A DNA stretch of 64,000 nucleotides, taken from an uncultured Bacilli bacterium. GTDB lineage: Bacteria > Bacillota_I > Bacilli_A > RF39 > UBA660. Made by a program: the position numbers and the translations under genes. The notes beneath the pieces were generated by a model that saw nothing but the letters and a program-made list of their open reading frames with translations, did no database searches and was not told where the DNA came from. The first letter of the stretch is position 1. Every line of letters starts with the position of its first letter. Positions 62,724-64,000 of this stretch are shown one piece after another. The stretch covers positions 28,366-92,365 of the forward strand of contig CAKOLK010000003.1 of assembly GCA_934096275.1 (NCBI GenBank), in the 5' to 3' direction.

Positions 62724-64000
62724 AATGATGCCAACAGTATGTATAGTAGGAAGACCAAATGTTGGTAAGTCCACACTATTTAATAAATTAGTAGGTAAAA
62801 AAATATCAATAATCGAAGACACACCAGGAGTCACAAGAGACAGAATCTATGGAGAAGTAAACTATCGTGGATATAACTTCAATCTAATAGACACCGGAGG
62901 AATAGATGTTTCAAAAGAACTATTCAATGATGAAATAAAAGTTCAAGTAGAAATCGGAGTAATTGAAGCAGAAAAAATAATATTTGTAGTAGACGCTAAA
63001 GAAGGATTAACTGCAAATGATCTTGAAGTAAGAGACTTACTTAGAAAATCAGGTAAAGAAGTAATTGTTGCTATAAATAAAGTAGACAATAAAGAAGCAG
63101 AAAAACATCTATATGACTTCTATGAACTTGGTTTTGATAAATACATAGAAATAAGTGGTGAACACAACAAAGGAATTGCTGATCTTTTAGATGAAATAGT
63201 AATAGACTTTAAACAAAAAGAAAAAGAAGAAACAGATATTACTAAAATCTGTGTTATAGGAAGACCAAACGTTGGGAAAAGTAGTCTAGTAAATGCTTTA
63301 TTAAATGAAGAAAGAGTAATAGTTAGTAATGTAGCAGGAACAACAAGAGATGCAATAGATATAGACTTTAAATACGATAAAGAAGACTACATCTTAATAG
63401 ACACCGCAGGAATGAGAAAAAAAGGAAAAGTATTCGAAGCAATTGAAAAATATAGTCTTCTTAGAAGTATGCGTGCAATAGATCGTGCTGATATTTGTCT
63501 ACTTGTTATAAATAGAGAAGAAGGAATCATTGAACACGATAAACACATCGCAGGATATGCAATAGAAAAAGGAAAAGGAATAATAATCGTTGTAAATAAA
63601 TGGGACACAGTAGAAGAAAAAGATAAAGACATAAAAAACTTTACCAAAGAACTACGTGAAGAATTCAAATTCATTCCATATGCACCAATAGTATTCCTAT
63701 CTGCACTAACTAAAAAAAGAATACATACTCTAATGCCTGAAGTAAAAAAAGTAAAACAAAACATAATAAAAGAAATAAAAACAAGTACTTTAAACAACAT
63801 TATTCAAGAAGCATATCAACTAAACCCAGCACCATCATACAAAGGAAAAAGATTAAAGATATATTATGTTTATCAAACAGGAACTAAACCACCTAAGTTT
63901 ACATTTAATGTAAATGATAAAGGACTAGTACATTTCTCATACGAACGCTACATAGAAAATAAAATAAGAGAAAACTTTGACTTTGAAGGAACACCAATAC
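62724..64000 (+). CDS. der: ribosome-associated GTPase Der/EngA (3' end lies outside the window)
   Basis: Tandem G-domains: VGRPNVGKSTLFN and IGRPNVGKSSLVN. Not in the ORF track because it runs off the window. Confidence 0.95.

Noticed and set aside
63387-63800. 137-aa minus-strand ORF
   Set aside because: It lies entirely inside the strongly supported der/engA gene on the plus strand (two G-domains). It is antisense low-complexity.
1-64000. CRISPR arrays, tRNA/rRNA genes, integrase or transposase genes
   Set aside because: No regularly spaced direct repeats, no tRNA T-arm motifs and no recombinase-like ORFs were seen. The mobile-looking comEC cassettes lack a recognisable recombinase.

Overview
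This is a 64-kb chromosomal window from a low-GC (about 27% GC), standard-code, spore-forming Firmicute. I base the spore-forming call on a near-canonical SigG, a YlmC/YmxH PRC-barrel protein, a YjcZ-like tiny protein and an FtsW/SpoVE-family gene. The core backbone reads murD (3' end), sigG, a YfhO–CsbB(GT2)–GtrA teichoic-acid glycosylation module, ylmC, NUDIX, lspA, rluD, ackA, nrnA, engB, a dnaB/dnaD-like gene, ireB–ruvX–DUF1292–mltG–O-methyltransferase–two U32 peptidases (the B. subtilis yrrK..yrrO order), greA, mutS, rsmI, dnaI, an RNB-domain RNase, a Thr T-box leading to thrS, a PHP-domain gene, feoAB, dut, def, ftsW/spoVE-like, comEA, comEC and der (5' part). On this backbone sit several accessory features. 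(1) Three paralogous surface-protein genes (A at 9787, B at 25609, C at 36857) share a conserved leader MKNKYSYGGG and carry poly-G tracts of 10, 11 and 10 G right after the start; each tract currently puts the RBS-linked ATG out of frame with the long ORF. These are classic slipped-strand phase-variable (contingency) loci. One of them and a separate large secreted protein carry dockerin modules, and a co-transcribed, membrane-anchored protein has a putative cohesin domain plus five cadherin-like repeats. (2) A roughly 610-nt, GC-enriched, ORF-free transcription unit (60514–61123) has its own extended -10 promoter and terminator and lies immediately upstream of a DUF3800 gene. It is a candidate large structured ncRNA. 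(3) Three tandem cassettes sit downstream of comEC; the second and third are each headed by a 150–200-bp copy of the comEC 3' end and each carries a YhcG/DUF1016 PD-(D/E)XK nuclease gene (one interrupted by an in-frame TGA) or a DinD-like gene. (4) An AbiEi/AbiEii type IV TA pair has a perfect 18-bp inverted-repeat operator that wraps the promoter. There is also a tandem pair of HExxH proteins, a 28-aa hydrophobic peptide gene and several conserved direct repeats upstream of operons. I found no rRNA, tRNA or CRISPR.
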